A stretch of 64,000 bases of DNA from an uncultured Actinomycetes bacterium (GTDB taxonomy: Bacteria; Actinomycetota; Thermoleophilia; UBA2241), in NCBI GenBank assembly GCA_963845355.1, contig CAWJRV010000053.1:14156-78155 (forward strand). The letters are read 5' to 3'. The notes under the pieces were generated by a model. It had not been told where the DNA came from, ran no database searches, and saw only the letters and a program-made list of their open reading frames with translations. The translations under genes were made by a program, and so were the position numbers. Of the stretch, positions 1-8,016 are shown one piece after another; position 1 is the first letter of the stretch, and every line of letters begins with the position of its first letter.

Positions 1-582
1 TCCCTGAGAGACCGCGTGCGCCGGGTGAACGAGGCGGAGACCGTGCTAGGCGCTGCCCGGCTACGACTGCGGGCTCTGCGGCGCGCCGGCCTGCAACGTG
101 CTGGCAGCGACGTGGCCGCCGGCGAGGCGGCCGCCGACGATTGCGCCGCCTCTCCGAAGCGCCTAGCGAGCTGCGGCGGTAGCGACCCCAGGTTCGGGGG
201 CGAGTCGCGGCCCGGGGGGCCCCCGACTCGCGTGACTCGGGCACCCGGCCGCGATGCGCCCGACGCAGCAGGGCACGCGACGGCTCATCAGCGCCTGCGC
301 GATTCTCAGCGCCCGCAACGATTCTCAGCGCCCGCACAGCGTGTCTTCATCGCCTCTTCATATTCGCCGGACATCTACGGTGCACGTTCGCACGACAAGG
401 CGAGACCGCGGGGCCAAAGACGCGCCCCGCGGCGGGAGGTCGAGAACAGTGATCGAAGACTGGGAAACGGGCGCGATCGAGGTCACCGACGAGTTCGGTG
501 AGCGGCGGGCGCGGGGGCGCTCGCCACCCGCGCCGGCGCCCTGCCGCGCCCGCACAAGTTCTGGGCGAGCCTCTTTCGCACG

Positions 583-1860
583 TTGGCGTGGGCGGGCTCG
601 ATCGTCACGCTCGCGCTCGTCGTCCCCACGATCACCCTCCACGACCTGTTCATTCAGGGCGGCCTCGCGACCACCGTCGGCCGGGTGACCGGCATGCTCG
701 GCACGTACCTGCTCCTGGTCACCGTGCTGCTCGTCGGCCGCATTCCGGCGGTCGAACGGGCGCTCGGCCAGGACACCCTCGTGGCCTGGCACCGCCGCCT
801 CGGACCCTGGGTCATCGGCCTGCTCGTGGCCCACGCGCTGTTCATCACCCTGGGCTATGCGCAAGGCGTGAAGACCGGCCTGGCGCACGAGCTGTCGGTG
901 CTCATCACCCACTTCCCGGGAATGCTCGGCGCGGTCGTCGGCCTGGGCCTGATCGTGCTGGCCGGCGTCACCTCGTATCGCAATGTGCGCAAGCACCTGC
1001 GCCCCGAGACCTGGTGGACGGTCCACCTGTACACCTACCTCGGCGCGGCCGTCGCCTTCTCGCACCAGCTCGCCACCGGCGCACCGTTCCTGGGCCATCC
1101 TCTGGCGCGCGCCTACTGGATCAGCCTGTGGCTGCTGACCGCCGGCGTCGTGGCCTCGTACCGGATCGGCCTGCCGCTCGTGCGCAGCTTTGCCCACCGG
1201 CTCAAGGTCGTGCGCGTCGAGCAGGAGGCGCCCGGCGTCGTGTCGGTCGTCGTGCGCGGCCATCGCCTCGACCGGCTGCCGGTCACCGGCGGACAGTTCA
1301 TGACCTTCCGCTTTCTCACGCGCGGCATGTGGTGGCGGGGACACCCGTACTCGCTTTCAGCGCTGCCGGGCGGCAACGAGCTGAGGATCACGGTCAAAGG
1401 CGAAGGCGGGCACAGCTCCGCGCTGGCCCGGATCACCCCGGGCACGCCGGTGGCCATCGAGGGTCCATACGGTGCCTTCACCCAGCACGCCCGCGAGACC
1501 GACAGAGTGCTGCTGGTGGGCGCCGGCGTCGGCGTGACGCCGATCCGGGCCCTGCTCGAAGACCTGCCGCAGCGCGTTGATGTGGTCGTCATCCTGCGCG
1601 CCTCGCAAGCAAGCGAGCTCATCTTGCGCGACGAGATCCGCCGGCTCGTGGAGCAGCGCCGCGGCCGCATGTTCCAGGTCCTGGGGCCCCGTGCGCAGGC
1701 GTTCCTCGACGCCCGCCGCCTGCAGCGCCTGGTGCCCGACATCGTGGCCCGCGACCTCTACGTCTGCGGCCCGGCCGGGTTCATGTCGCAGCTCGCAGAC
1801 GAGGCGCGCGCGCTCGGCGTGCCCGACGGCCGCATCCATCACGAAGACTTCGCGTTCTAG
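583..1860 (+). CDS. ferric-reductase-like transmembrane oxidoreductase (heme TM domain + FAD/NAD(P)H-binding domain)
   Basis: 425-aa ORF. The N-terminal ~200 aa are hydrophobic helices with spaced His residues (WHRRLGPW, LVAHALF, FSHQL). The C-terminal half has HPYS (FAD-binding, NOX/FNR type) and LLVGAGVGVTPI (NAD(P)H GxGxxP). TTG-583 is the first start after a stop at 499-501 and helix 1 looks clipped, so the 5' end is uncertain. Confidence 0.8.
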   Translation: MAWAGSIVTLALVVPTITLHDLFIQGGLATTVGRVTGMLGTYLLLVTVLLVGRIPAVERALGQDTLVAWHRRLGPWVIGLLVAHALFITLGYAQGVKTGLAHELSVLITHFPGMLGAVVGLGLIVLAGVTSYRNVRKHLRPETWWTVHLYTYLGAAVAFSHQLATGAPFLGHPLARAYWISLWLLTAGVVASYRIGLPLVRSFAHRLKVVRVEQEAPGVVSVVVRGHRLDRLPVTGGQFMTFRFLTRGMWWRGHPYSLSALPGGNELRITVKGEGGHSSALARITPGTPVAIEGPYGAFTQHARETDRVLLVGAGVGVTPIRALLEDLPQRVDVVVILRASQASELILRDEIRRLVEQRRGRMFQVLGPRAQAFLDARRLQRLVPDIVARDLYVCGPAGFMSQLADEARALGVPDGRIHHEDFAF

Positions 1861-1876
1861 AGACGGAGGGACCATC

Positions 1877-2401
1877 ATGAAGCGTTCCAGCGTAGTTCCG
1901 GCGGCGGCCATCATGGCGACCGCCGTAGGGTTGGGCGCCGTGCTGGGCTATCACCCCAGCGGCGGCGCCGCGGCGAGCCTGCCGGCCGGCATCAAGGTCG
2001 GCACCACGGCCGGCGTGGGCGCCGGGACCAGCGCGGTCGGCACAGACCAGGCGCTGGCCGGTGGCCTCGGCGACATCCAGGTCCGGGTGAGCGCCCAGAA
2101 CGGCAAGATCACCAGCGTCGGCCTCGCCAAGTTGAACGTGCACGGACCGCAGTCGGCGCAGATCACCGGCAGCGTCGTCCCGCAGCTCATCCGCGAGACC
2201 ATGGCCGCCAACGGCGGTTCCATCCAGGCCGTCTCCGGCGCCACCTACACAAGCCAGGCTTACGCCACGTCACTGCAGTCCGCGCTCGACAAGATCGCCG
2301 CCACGGGAGGCACCAATGCAGCACTCGGAGCAAGTAATGGGAACGGTGGTGTCCTTAACAATGCGGGCGGCGGCGGAGACGGCGGCCTGGGCGACAACTA
2401 G
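1877..2401 (+). CDS. secreted/anchored FMN-binding domain protein (flavinylation substrate)
   Basis: ATG-1877 is preceded by GGAGGGA. It has an N-terminal signal/anchor (AAAIMATAVGLGAVLG) and the FMN_bind-type motif IQAVSGATYTSQAY (SGAT flavinylation site). The track ORF start at 1577 overlaps the upstream gene and is rejected. Confidence 0.8.
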   Translation: MKRSSVVPAAAIMATAVGLGAVLGYHPSGGAAASLPAGIKVGTTAGVGAGTSAVGTDQALAGGLGDIQVRVSAQNGKITSVGLAKLNVHGPQSAQITGSVVPQLIRETMAANGGSIQAVSGATYTSQAYATSLQSALDKIAATGGTNAALGASNGNGGVLNNAGGGGDGGLGDN

Positions 2402-2440
2402 CGGATCGGTGTCCGCCGCGGTGTCCGCGCCGGACCGCCG

Positions 2441-3175
2441 GTGGACCCGACCGCCACGGCCGCGACCGCCGGCGGTCACGAAGCCCTCAGCGGCGCCCTC
2501 GAGCGTGCGATCGCGGTGCTGCACCACGTCGACGACGTGTTCAGCACCTGGCAGCCGGACAGTCCGGTGAGCCGCCTGCGGCGCGGTGAGATAGAGCTCG
2601 ACGCCGCGCCGCCCGAGGTGGCCCGGGTCCTCGATCTCTGCCGCCGGGCGCGCACCGCTTCGGGCGGCTGGTTCGACCCCTGGCGGGTTGACGGCGGCGT
2701 CGATCCGACCGGTCTCGTCAAGGGCTGGGCGGCGGAGCTTGCGCTGGCCGAGCTGCGCGGCAGCGCCGCGGCCGCCCTGGTGAACGCCGGCGGCGACATC
2801 GCCGTGTTCGGCGAGCCCGAGCCGGGCCAGCAGTGGCGGATCGGCATCCGCGACCCGCTCGCGGCCGACCGCCTGCTCACAGTCGTGACCCTCGGAGGCC
2901 ACGACCGCGCGGTGGCCACTTCAGGCGCCTACGAACGCGGACCGCACGTGCTCGACCCCGAGAGCGGCGAGCCGGCCCAGGCTCTGCTGGCCGCGACCGT
3001 CGTGGGTCCGGACCTGGCCTTCGCCGATGCCCTGGCGACCGGTCTGTTTGCCTCCGGCGGCAAGGCCTTGGCGCGCGTCGCGGGGCTGCGTGGCTACAGC
3101 GCGCTCATCGTCGCCGGCGACGGATCGCTACGCGCGACGCTCGGGTTTCCGGCGGCGGTTGCGGCGGCGGCCTGA
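2441..3175 (+). CDS. apbE: FAD:protein FMN transferase (ApbE family), N-terminus apparently in another frame
   Basis: ApbE-type sequence is present: HHVDDVFSTWQPDSPVSRL, DPTGLVKGWA, VNAGGDIAV, TSGAYERG. The conserved N-terminal MGT strand (MQHSEQVMGTVVSLTMR) lies in the 2316..2570 ORF, one frame away. Confidence 0.75.
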   Translation: MDPTATAATAGGHEALSGALERAIAVLHHVDDVFSTWQPDSPVSRLRRGEIELDAAPPEVARVLDLCRRARTASGGWFDPWRVDGGVDPTGLVKGWAAELALAELRGSAAAALVNAGGDIAVFGEPEPGQQWRIGIRDPLAADRLLTVVTLGGHDRAVATSGAYERGPHVLDPESGEPAQALLAATVVGPDLAFADALATGLFASGGKALARVAGLRGYSALIVAGDGSLRATLGFPAAVAAAA

Positions 3176-3320
3176 TGGGCTGGAGCTTGCGGTCCGTCGG
3201 CTGCGGCGGGGCCGGGGGCTCGGGACGCGCTCCGCGAAACCAGAGTGGGGATCCGCAGCCTTCGGCTGCGGATGGTGCTCACGCTGCGAAGCGCCCCTCG
3301 TCCCCCGGCCCCGCCTTCGC

Positions 3321-3336
3321 GGGGGGGGGGGGGGGG
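3321..3336 (+). repeat. homopolymer G16 (intergenic)
   Basis: Counted directly: 16 consecutive G, preceded by a C-rich run (CCCCCGGCCCCGCC) that can pair with it. Confidence 0.95.
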
Positions 3337-3380
3337 TGGCTTATGATGAGACACGAAGCTGAAGCGAACCGGAGACTGCC

Positions 3381-3881
3381 GTGCAACACCAGGTGCGTCG
3401 TGCCCAGAACATCAGTCGTCGCTGCCTCGTCTGCGGAGCCGAGAACCCCTTCGGCCTGCACGGCTGCTTCTACGAGCTCGCCGGCGATGAGCTCCTTGGA
3501 GTCTTTCACCCGCGCGACGAACATCAGAGCTACCCGGGCCGCCTGCACGGGGGCATCTCCACGGCGATCCTCGACGAGACGATCGGCCGGGCGATCACCA
3601 TCGCCCATCCCGGCACCTGGGGCGTGACCGCGGCGCTCACGATGCGCTTTCGCCTGCCCGTGCCGCTCGATTCGGAGATCCGGGCCGTGGCTCGCATCAC
3701 CAGGGACACACCGCGCCTGTTCGAAGGCACGGGCGAGATCCTGCTCGATGACGGCCGGGTCGCCGTCGAGGCGCACGGCAAGTACATGAAGCTGCCCCTC
3801 GACGCCATCACCGACGGCGACTTCGATCAGGCCAACTGGTTCGCCGACCCGCGCGACCTGCCCGACAGCGTCGAGCTGTAG
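3381..3881 (+). CDS. PaaI/hotdog-fold acyl-CoA thioesterase
   Basis: 166-aa ORF with a GTG start 5 nt after GGAGA. It has an N-terminal CxxC (CLVCG) and a PaaI-type core (GRLHGGISTAILDETIGRA ... TAALTMRFRLPV). Confidence 0.75.
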   Translation: MQHQVRRAQNISRRCLVCGAENPFGLHGCFYELAGDELLGVFHPRDEHQSYPGRLHGGISTAILDETIGRAITIAHPGTWGVTAALTMRFRLPVPLDSEIRAVARITRDTPRLFEGTGEILLDDGRVAVEAHGKYMKLPLDAITDGDFDQANWFADPRDLPDSVEL

Positions 3882-3914
3882 GGGCGCCCGACACTCAGCC
3901 GGAGACTGCCGCCC

Positions 3915-3925
3915 GGGGGGGGGGG
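3915..3925 (+). repeat. homopolymer G11 (intergenic)
   Basis: Counted directly: 11 consecutive G, 34 nt after the thioesterase stop. Confidence 0.95.
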
Positions 3926-3961
3926 CGTCGCCGGCCGCACACCGCGGGGCAAGGGCATATG

Positions 3962-3989
3962 TTGAGATAAGCTCACTATGCGGTAGACT
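3962..3989 (+). promoter_or_regulatory. putative sigma-70-type promoter of the marR-ABC exporter operon
   Basis: TTGAGA (3962-3967), a 16-nt spacer, then TAGACT (3984-3989), in one of the few AT-rich patches. TGAG/CTCA and TTGAG/CTCAA inverted motifs overlap it. Confidence 0.3.
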
Positions 3990-4086
3990 CAATTTCGTTA
4001 TCGACTCCAGAGACTCCCGCGAGGCACAGCCATGACGACGACAGGACCCCCCAGCCGCCACCGACCTCACCGCGCAGCTCACCGAG

Positions 4087-4512
4087 ATGCTGACCTGCGC
4101 CTCGTGGCGGCTGCGGCGAGGCTCCCGGCGAGAGCTCGAGCCGCTGGGGCTCACGTTTGGCCAGGCCCGCGCCCTGCGGCTTCTCGCGCGAGCGGGCGGA
4201 CCCGTGCGCATCGGAGCCCTGGCCGCCCGACTCGAGATCGTGCCCCGATCGGCCACCGCGATGGTCGACGGGCTCGAGACCGCCGGCCTCGCGAGCCGGC
4301 AGGCCGCCCCCGACGACCGCCGCTCGGTGCTCGTCGGTCTCACTCCGGCCGGCGACGCGCTCCTCGAACGGCTGAGCCGTGCCCGCCGGGCCAGCGCCGA
4401 AGAGCTCTTCGCCCGGCTCACGCCGTCACAGCAAGCGGGGCTCCTCGAGCTGCTCACGGTCCTCAACCGTCGCGACACCGAGCTCGCAGAGGGGCCGGAG
4501 GCGCCGGCATGA
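4087..4512 (+). CDS. MarR family transcriptional regulator
   Basis: 141 aa with a winged-HTH MarR pattern (LGLTFGQARALRLLARAGGPVRIGALAARLEIVPRSATAMVDGLE...DDRRSVLVGLTPAG). Its stop overlaps the next start (ATGA at 4509-4512). Confidence 0.85.
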   Translation: MLTCASWRLRRGSRRELEPLGLTFGQARALRLLARAGGPVRIGALAARLEIVPRSATAMVDGLETAGLASRQAAPDDRRSVLVGLTPAGDALLERLSRARRASAEELFARLTPSQQAGLLELLTVLNRRDTELAEGPEAPA

Positions 4513-6464
4513 TGGGGCCGGGCGGCTTTTCGGCGCTGCGCTCGCTGCGGCGTGGCCAGACAGACAAGGACGCCAACGTGCCCAAGGGTACGACGCGCCG
4601 CATCCTCACCTTTGTCGCTCCCTACAAATGGCCCCTGGCGCTGTTCCTGGTGCTCGTCGTGATCGACGCGATCGTGAGCGCCGCCAACCCGCTGATCTAC
4701 CGCGAGATCATCAATCGCGGCATCATCCCGGGCGCGGCTGCCCAGAAGGCGGGCCAGTCGGCCGACCACGAGATCAGGCTGATCGTCCTGCTGGCGCTGC
4801 TCGTCGCCGTCATCTCGATCGCCGACGCGGGGCTCTCGCTCGCCGAACGGTTCATCAGCGCGCGGGTCGGCGAGGGGCTCGTCTACGACATGCGCACCCG
4901 CGTGTTCGACCACGTGCAGCGCATGCCGATCGCCTTCTTTACCCGCACCCAGACCGGCGCCCTGGTCAGCCGCCTGAACAACGACGTCACGGGCGCGCAG
5001 GAAGCCTTCACCGACATCCTGTCGAGCGTCATCGGCAACCTCATCAGCGTGGGCATCGTGCTCGTGATCATGTTCGCCCTGTCGTGGCAGCTCACGCTGG
5101 TCGCGCTCCTGCTGCTGCCGGTCTTCATGCTGCCGGCGCGCTGGCTGGGGCGCCGCCTGCAGTCGATCACCCGCGAGCGCTACGAGCTGACCGCCGAGAT
5201 GAACAACGGCATGGTCGAACGCTTCAACGTCGCCGGGGCGTTGCTCGTGAAGCTCTTCGGCCACCCCGACGCCGAAAGCTCCGCCTTCAAAGACAAGGCG
5301 GGACGCGTGCGCGACATCGACATCGTGCAGGCCATCTACGGCCGCTTCTTCTTCATCGCCCTGCTGCTCACCGCGGCCCTGGCCACGGCGCTGGTCTACG
5401 GCTGGGGCGGGGTGCTCGCCGTTCACAACGAGCTCAGCGTCGGCACGGTCGTCGCCCTCGTGGCCTACCTGAACCGGCTCTACGGCCCGCTGACGGCGCT
5501 CTCCAACGTCAACGTCGACCTGATGACCGCGCTCGTGTCGTTCGACCGCGTCTTCGAGGTCCTGGACCTGCCGCCCATGGTCGCCGAACGGCCCGACGCG
5601 GCGACCCTGCCGCGCGGCCCGGCCCGCGTCGAGTTCGACCACGTCCGCTTTGCCTACCCCACCAGCAGCGAGGTCTCGCTGGCCTCGCTCGAGTCGGTGG
5701 CCGTGCTGAACGACACCCCGGGACAGACGGTCCTGCGCGACGTGAGCTTCACCGCCGAGCCGGGCCAGCTCGTGGCCCTCGTGGGCCCGTCGGGCGCGGG
5801 CAAGACGACCGTCAGTCAGCTGGTCCCCCGGCTGTACGACGTGCGCGCCGGGGCCATCCGTATCGACGGCGTCGACGTGCGCGACACGAGCTTCGCGTCG
5901 CTGCGGCAGTCCATCGGCATGGTCACCCAGGACGTCCACCTGTTCCACGACACGATCCGCGCCAACCTGCTCTACGCCAAACCCGATGCCGGCGACGACG
6001 AGATCGTCGAGGTGCTGCGGGCGGCCCAGATCATGCCGCTGATCGAATCGCTGCCCGACGGCCTCGACACCGTCGTCGGCGACCGCGGCTATCGCCTGTC
6101 GGGCGGCGAGAAGCAGCGTCTCGCCATCGCCCGGCTGCTGCTCAAGGCGCCCGATGTGGTGGTGCTGGACGAGGCGACCGCCCACCTCGACTCGGAGTCC
6201 GAGGTCGCCGTGCAGCGGGCCCTCAAGATCGCCCTCACGGGGCGCACGTCGCTGGTCATCGCCCACCGGCTGTCGACGGTGCGCGACGCCGACCAGATCC
6301 TCGTCCTGAAGGACGGCCGGATCGTCGAGCGCGGCCGCCACGACGAGCTGATCGCGGCCGGCGGCCTCTACTCAGAGCTGCACGCCACGCAGTTTCGCAG
6401 CCAGGCCGCCGCGTCCGAGGCCGAGGTGGGCGAACAGGCGAGCCAAAGCGAGCAGGCGAGTTAG
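4509..6464 (+). CDS. fused permease/ATPase ABC exporter (MsbA/multidrug type)
   Basis: An N-terminal six-helix TM domain is followed by Walker A GPSGAGKTT, signature LSGGEKQRLAIAR and Walker B VVVLDEATAHLD. The track ORF 4032..6464 has a spurious 5' extension; ATGATG at 4509 is translationally coupled to the MarR gene. Confidence 0.9.
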   Translation: MMGPGGFSALRSLRRGQTDKDANVPKGTTRRILTFVAPYKWPLALFLVLVVIDAIVSAANPLIYREIINRGIIPGAAAQKAGQSADHEIRLIVLLALLVAVISIADAGLSLAERFISARVGEGLVYDMRTRVFDHVQRMPIAFFTRTQTGALVSRLNNDVTGAQEAFTDILSSVIGNLISVGIVLVIMFALSWQLTLVALLLLPVFMLPARWLGRRLQSITRERYELTAEMNNGMVERFNVAGALLVKLFGHPDAESSAFKDKAGRVRDIDIVQAIYGRFFFIALLLTAALATALVYGWGGVLAVHNELSVGTVVALVAYLNRLYGPLTALSNVNVDLMTALVSFDRVFEVLDLPPMVAERPDAATLPRGPARVEFDHVRFAYPTSSEVSLASLESVAVLNDTPGQTVLRDVSFTAEPGQLVALVGPSGAGKTTVSQLVPRLYDVRAGAIRIDGVDVRDTSFASLRQSIGMVTQDVHLFHDTIRANLLYAKPDAGDDEIVEVLRAAQIMPLIESLPDGLDTVVGDRGYRLSGGEKQRLAIARLLLKAPDVVVLDEATAHLDSESEVAVQRALKIALTGRTSLVIAHRLSTVRDADQILVLKDGRIVERGRHDELIAAGGLYSELHATQFRSQAAASEAEVGEQASQSEQAS

Positions 6465-7705
6465 ATCTGCCAGCGCTCCCCGACCAGCACGGGCACCTCG
6501 TCGCCGGCCGCCGTGAGACCCATGACCGCGACCTCGGGGCCGCCGATCATGACGTCCTGGTGAACGTCGGAATCGTTCACGCCGCGCGCCTCGAGGGCGT
6601 CCTTGTCGTCGGGCAGGTCATCGGCAAACGAGTCGAGGATGGCGGCGCCCCAGGCGATATGGCAGGCGGCGTTTTCGTCGAGCAGAGTCTCCTTGAAGAC
6701 GGTGCCCAGCTTGCCGACCCGCGAGGAGGCGTCGACCAGCGCCACCTCGCCCAAGCGGCTCGCGCCACGGTCTTCGGCGATGCTGGTGCGCACGGCCTCG
6801 ACGTTGGCCGACGCTGAGACCTCGACGATGCGTCCCTCGGCGAAGCGCAACACCAGGTCGGTGACCTGCGCCCCGCTGACTGTGACGGGGCGGGTGGCGA
6901 CGGCGGTCCCGCTGACACCCCTGAAGTCGGGCGTGACGTAGATCTCCTCGCTGGGCAGGTTGCACAGAAAGGGACGGCCCCAGCTCGTGGAGAGCCACGC
7001 CGGCTGCCAGTGAGCGTCGGCGTGCAGGGGCACGGACAGGTCGGTGCCCGTGCCGCGAAACCGCAGGCCCACGAAGCCGCTCTCATCGAGCCGCGCCGCC
7101 CTCGACAGGAGCTCGTCGCGGCGGGCGGTCCAGGCGGCGGTCGGGTCGGTCTCGTCCAACCGCACGGCAAACCACAGGTCGCGCCACAGCCGCTCGACGT
7201 CGGGCTCGCCGTAGATGCGCCGCGCCCAGGCCGGCGTCGGGCACGCGGCGAGGCTCCAGTTGATGCGCGCCTGGATCGTGCGGTAGGCCGGCACCGAGAC
7301 GGCCGTCTGCAGGGCGGTGGCGCGCGCCGGCGGGACACCGGCGTAGGGATCGTCGAGCGGGTCGCCGAGCGTGCGGATGCGGGCCCAGCGCTCGTCGATC
7401 ACGGTCTGATACATGGCCTCGAACCAACCGGGCACCGCGGCGGCCAGCTCGTCACTCGGGGCGCCGCTCGCCTGCGCGGCCAGCACCCGGTCGTCGAAGT
7501 AGAAGGTCTGCGCGAGACTCGCCCCGTTGGCGTAGGCGCGCGCCGCAAGAGCGGCGATCAGGTAGGCATGCTCGACGTCGCCGGTGATCAGCACCTTCTG
7601 ACCGGGCTCGATGTTCACGCCGCAACGCAAAATGAGATCCGCGTAGGTACGGAGACCGCGTTCGTCGATACCGTGTGCGCGTGCCGAGCCCGCTTCCTGA
7701 GTCAT
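6461..7705 (-). CDS. M29 family aminopeptidase (AmpS/PepS/aminopeptidase T-like)
   Basis: The N-terminus has the typical LRTYADLILRCGVNIEPGQKVLITGDVEHAYLIAALAARAYANGA, and the family-like C-terminus is EVALVD...HIAWG. Start chosen at ATG-7705 (MTQEAG). The 66-aa upstream extension in the track ORF covers a tandem repeat and is not family-like. Confidence 0.8.
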   Translation of the reverse strand: MTQEAGSARAHGIDERGLRTYADLILRCGVNIEPGQKVLITGDVEHAYLIAALAARAYANGASLAQTFYFDDRVLAAQASGAPSDELAAAVPGWFEAMYQTVIDERWARIRTLGDPLDDPYAGVPPARATALQTAVSVPAYRTIQARINWSLAACPTPAWARRIYGEPDVERLWRDLWFAVRLDETDPTAAWTARRDELLSRAARLDESGFVGLRFRGTGTDLSVPLHADAHWQPAWLSTSWGRPFLCNLPSEEIYVTPDFRGVSGTAVATRPVTVSGAQVTDLVLRFAEGRIVEVSASANVEAVRTSIAEDRGASRLGEVALVDASSRVGKLGTVFKETLLDENAACHIAWGAAILDSFADDLPDDKDALEARGVNDSDVHQDVMIGGPEVAVMGLTAAGDEVPVLVGERWQI

Positions 7706-7856
7706 GTGGTCTCCGCCTGCCGGGCCGGCCGCCGGCCGGCGTTTCTCAGTTCGTCGGTCGGTCGAACCGACCATCGGCCGGACCGCTTGCCCAAGCGCTG
7801 CCACGAGCGTGGGTCCAGCCGTGGGGACCACGATATCACCCGCTGACGGCGAGGCC

Positions 7857-7906
7857 GTCACCCCTGGCAGCGTCGCCGTCACCCCTGGCAGCGTCGCCGT
7901 CACCCC
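7857..7906. repeat. 21-nt tandem repeat, ~2.4 copies
   Basis: GTCACCCCTGGCAGCGTCGCC occurs twice exactly (7857-7877, 7878-7898), followed by GTCACCCC. Confidence 0.9.
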
Positions 7907-8016
7907 CCGACGGCGTCGCCGGCTGCTCCAACGTGCCGCCGCGCGGGAACAGTCAGATGTCGGAAAGCCGGCCGTGCCTGAGCCGGCACGTCAGCAACGC
8001 ACCGGAAGGGGCGGCC

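Noticed and set aside
3369-3911. 13-nt direct repeats as target-site duplications of a mobile element carrying the thioesterase
   Set aside because: There is no transposase, integrase or terminal inverted repeat. A 13-mer repeat at this distance can arise by chance in GC-biased sequence. It is kept only as a low-confidence part of the poly-G finding.
3279-6341. 1020-aa ORF on the minus strand
   Set aside because: It lies exactly antisense to the thioesterase, MarR and ABC exporter genes. It has an Arg/Gly/Asp/Ala-dominated composition, no motifs and no RBS. This is the typical stop-free antisense frame of very GC-rich DNA.
7706-7903. 66-aa N-terminal extension of the aminopeptidase (track ORF start at 7903)
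   Set aside because: The extension consists of the tandem-repeat sequence and Arg/Pro-rich filler. Family-like sequence starts right after Met-7705.
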